Sequence record: PZ452609.1
Reading direction: 5' to 3' (one strand)
Length of the DNA: 64,000 nt
DNA from: a phage
Below, in pieces: positions 63,046 to 64,000 of the stretch; within the stretch, counting starts at the first letter, position 1, and each line of letters starts with the position of its first letter. The notes beneath the pieces were generated by a model. It searched no databases and had not been told where the DNA came from. It saw only the letters and a list, made by a program, of their open reading frames with translations. The position numbers and the translations under genes were made by a program.

Positions 63046-63230
63046 TTTTTCATTTCAGGATTGTGCAGGTAGAGTTCTGTAGAGAAATCTGTAGAGAGAA
63101 TTTTGAACTCCAAAGAGAAAATTCATTTTCAAACTGTGCAGGTAATCTCCAAAGAGCTTTTTCATTTTCAAAACGTGCAGACCCCGCTCAGGTCGGGCAA
63201 GAAAAATCATTTTAGAATCGTGCAGGTAGG
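63046..63230. repeat. four direct repeats of a ~22-nt motif TTCATTT(T)CAnAnnGTGCAGGTA
   Basis: copies at about 63049, 63122, 63162, 63207 with unequal spacing (73, 40, 45 nt). Confidence 0.7.
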
Positions 63231-63404
63231 TTTTTATAGAGAGCCAGACCAACCCCTCTCCCCCTCTTACTCCACCTCTCCCCAAAAGTCAAGAGAAAAA
63301 TTTGTAGCGGGTTGAAAAATAATTCTTGATTTGTGTTCTGTTTTGTGGTAGTCGTGCGCGCCCGTTCATTTCCCAACCTTACAAAAAATATTTAATAAAA
63401 ACCG

Positions 63405-63433
63405 TTGACACGCCAAACAAGTTTACGTACTAT
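63405..63433 (+). promoter_or_regulatory. near-consensus sigma70 promoter TTGACA-N17-TACTAT with A/T-rich UP-like tract
   Basis: -35 63405-10, -10 63428-33, upstream acaaaaaatatttaataaaaa. Confidence 0.55.
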
Positions 63434-63482
63434 TTGCATCAGACGGGCAAGCAAGCCCACTTCCTAAACTGGAGAATCGAAA

Positions 63483-63689
63483 ATGCTTTATAGTCGTGAA
63501 TTGATGGTTACAACTAACGTTAACACAAAGGTAAAACGTTTTTACATGCAAGTATGTGGCGCATGGTCTAGAATATCAGAGGCTGACTATTGCAACTATG
63601 TAGAAACAGCTATAAACTCTAATTGCTACCTTACAAGAAATACAAGAAAGTACATAAGACAGACAGCAGTTTATTACTACGATGCCTAA
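63483..63689 (+). CDS. hypothetical protein
   Basis: 68 aa, RBS ggaga. Confidence 0.35.
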   Translation: MLYSRELMVTTNVNTKVKRFYMQVCGAWSRISEADYCNYVETAINSNCYLTRNTRKYIRQTAVYYYDA

Positions 63690-63780
63690 TAAAGTACTTT
63701 ACAAGGGGCTTAAAAGCTGATATCTTAAGCCCCAGATAAAGAGCTTTACCAAATCAACCCTTAAACTAGGAGATTCAAAA

Positions 63781-64000
63781 ATGGCATATCGTGCACCTAA
63801 ATTCATCAACAAAGACAACTTTCGCAACGCACTGGAGAAGTCACTTGATGAGAATTTTAAAGGTAACGTTATTGTTGTTCACTCGTTTAATTTTAAGTAT
63901 GATATCAATGGGAATAAAATTAACCATTACACGGCGACAATGCTAGATGGTACTCTTTCAAGTGAAAAAGCCATTTTACATGCACTTGCTGGACGTGGTA
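63781..64000 (+). CDS. hypothetical protein, 3'-partial at window edge
   Basis: ATG 63781 with RBS aggag, open to end of window. Confidence 0.35.
   Translation, partial: MAYRAPKFINKDNFRNALEKSLDENFKGNVIVVHSFNFKYDINGNKINHYTATMLDGTLSSEKAILHALAGRG

Noticed and set aside
63046-63230. Possible CRISPR array or anti-CRISPR mini-array from the four direct repeats
   Set aside because: Repeats are imperfect and spacing is unequal (73, 40, 45 nt); no cas genes and no leader-like architecture. Iteron or operator array is more consistent.

Overview
This 64 kb window is a densely packed, low-GC segment of a lytic, tailed (myovirus-type) phage genome. No integrase, rRNA, tRNA or CRISPR array was recognised by eye. 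Layout: (1) 1-23.6 kb, + strand, a late structural module: large terminase, portal, prohead protease, major capsid, tail sheath and tube, a tail chaperone pair joined by a -1 frameshift site, tape measure, a P2-like baseplate block and two tail fibres with His-rich HxH tips. (2) 23.6-33 kb, - strand: thymidylate synthase, DHFR, an HTH regulator, a secreted protein, a lipoprotein, ATP-dependent DNA ligase and a family A DNA polymerase. (3) 33-64 kb, + strand, replication and nucleotide metabolism: T4-like dNMP kinase, T7-like primase-helicase, SSB, FEN-like nuclease, class I RNR NrdAB with glutaredoxin-like NrdH, anaerobic RNR NrdDG, GIY-YIG and HNH endonuclease-like genes, rIIA/rIIB-like genes, a lysis cluster (secreted lytic transglycosylase, embedded spanin pair) and a macro-domain protein. 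The strongest candidates for a counter-defence or otherwise unusual system are: an adjacent PRPP-synthetase-like plus Nampt-like gene pair (NAD+ reconstitution/salvage module); the macro-domain protein; and an intergenic locus at 27.1-27.5 kb with a near-consensus promoter, a terminator and two tandem arrays of 5-nt-periodic repeats. A 100-nt run of N (18699-18798) interrupts one baseplate gene. All functional calls rest on motifs read directly from the translations plus gene order; no database search was run.
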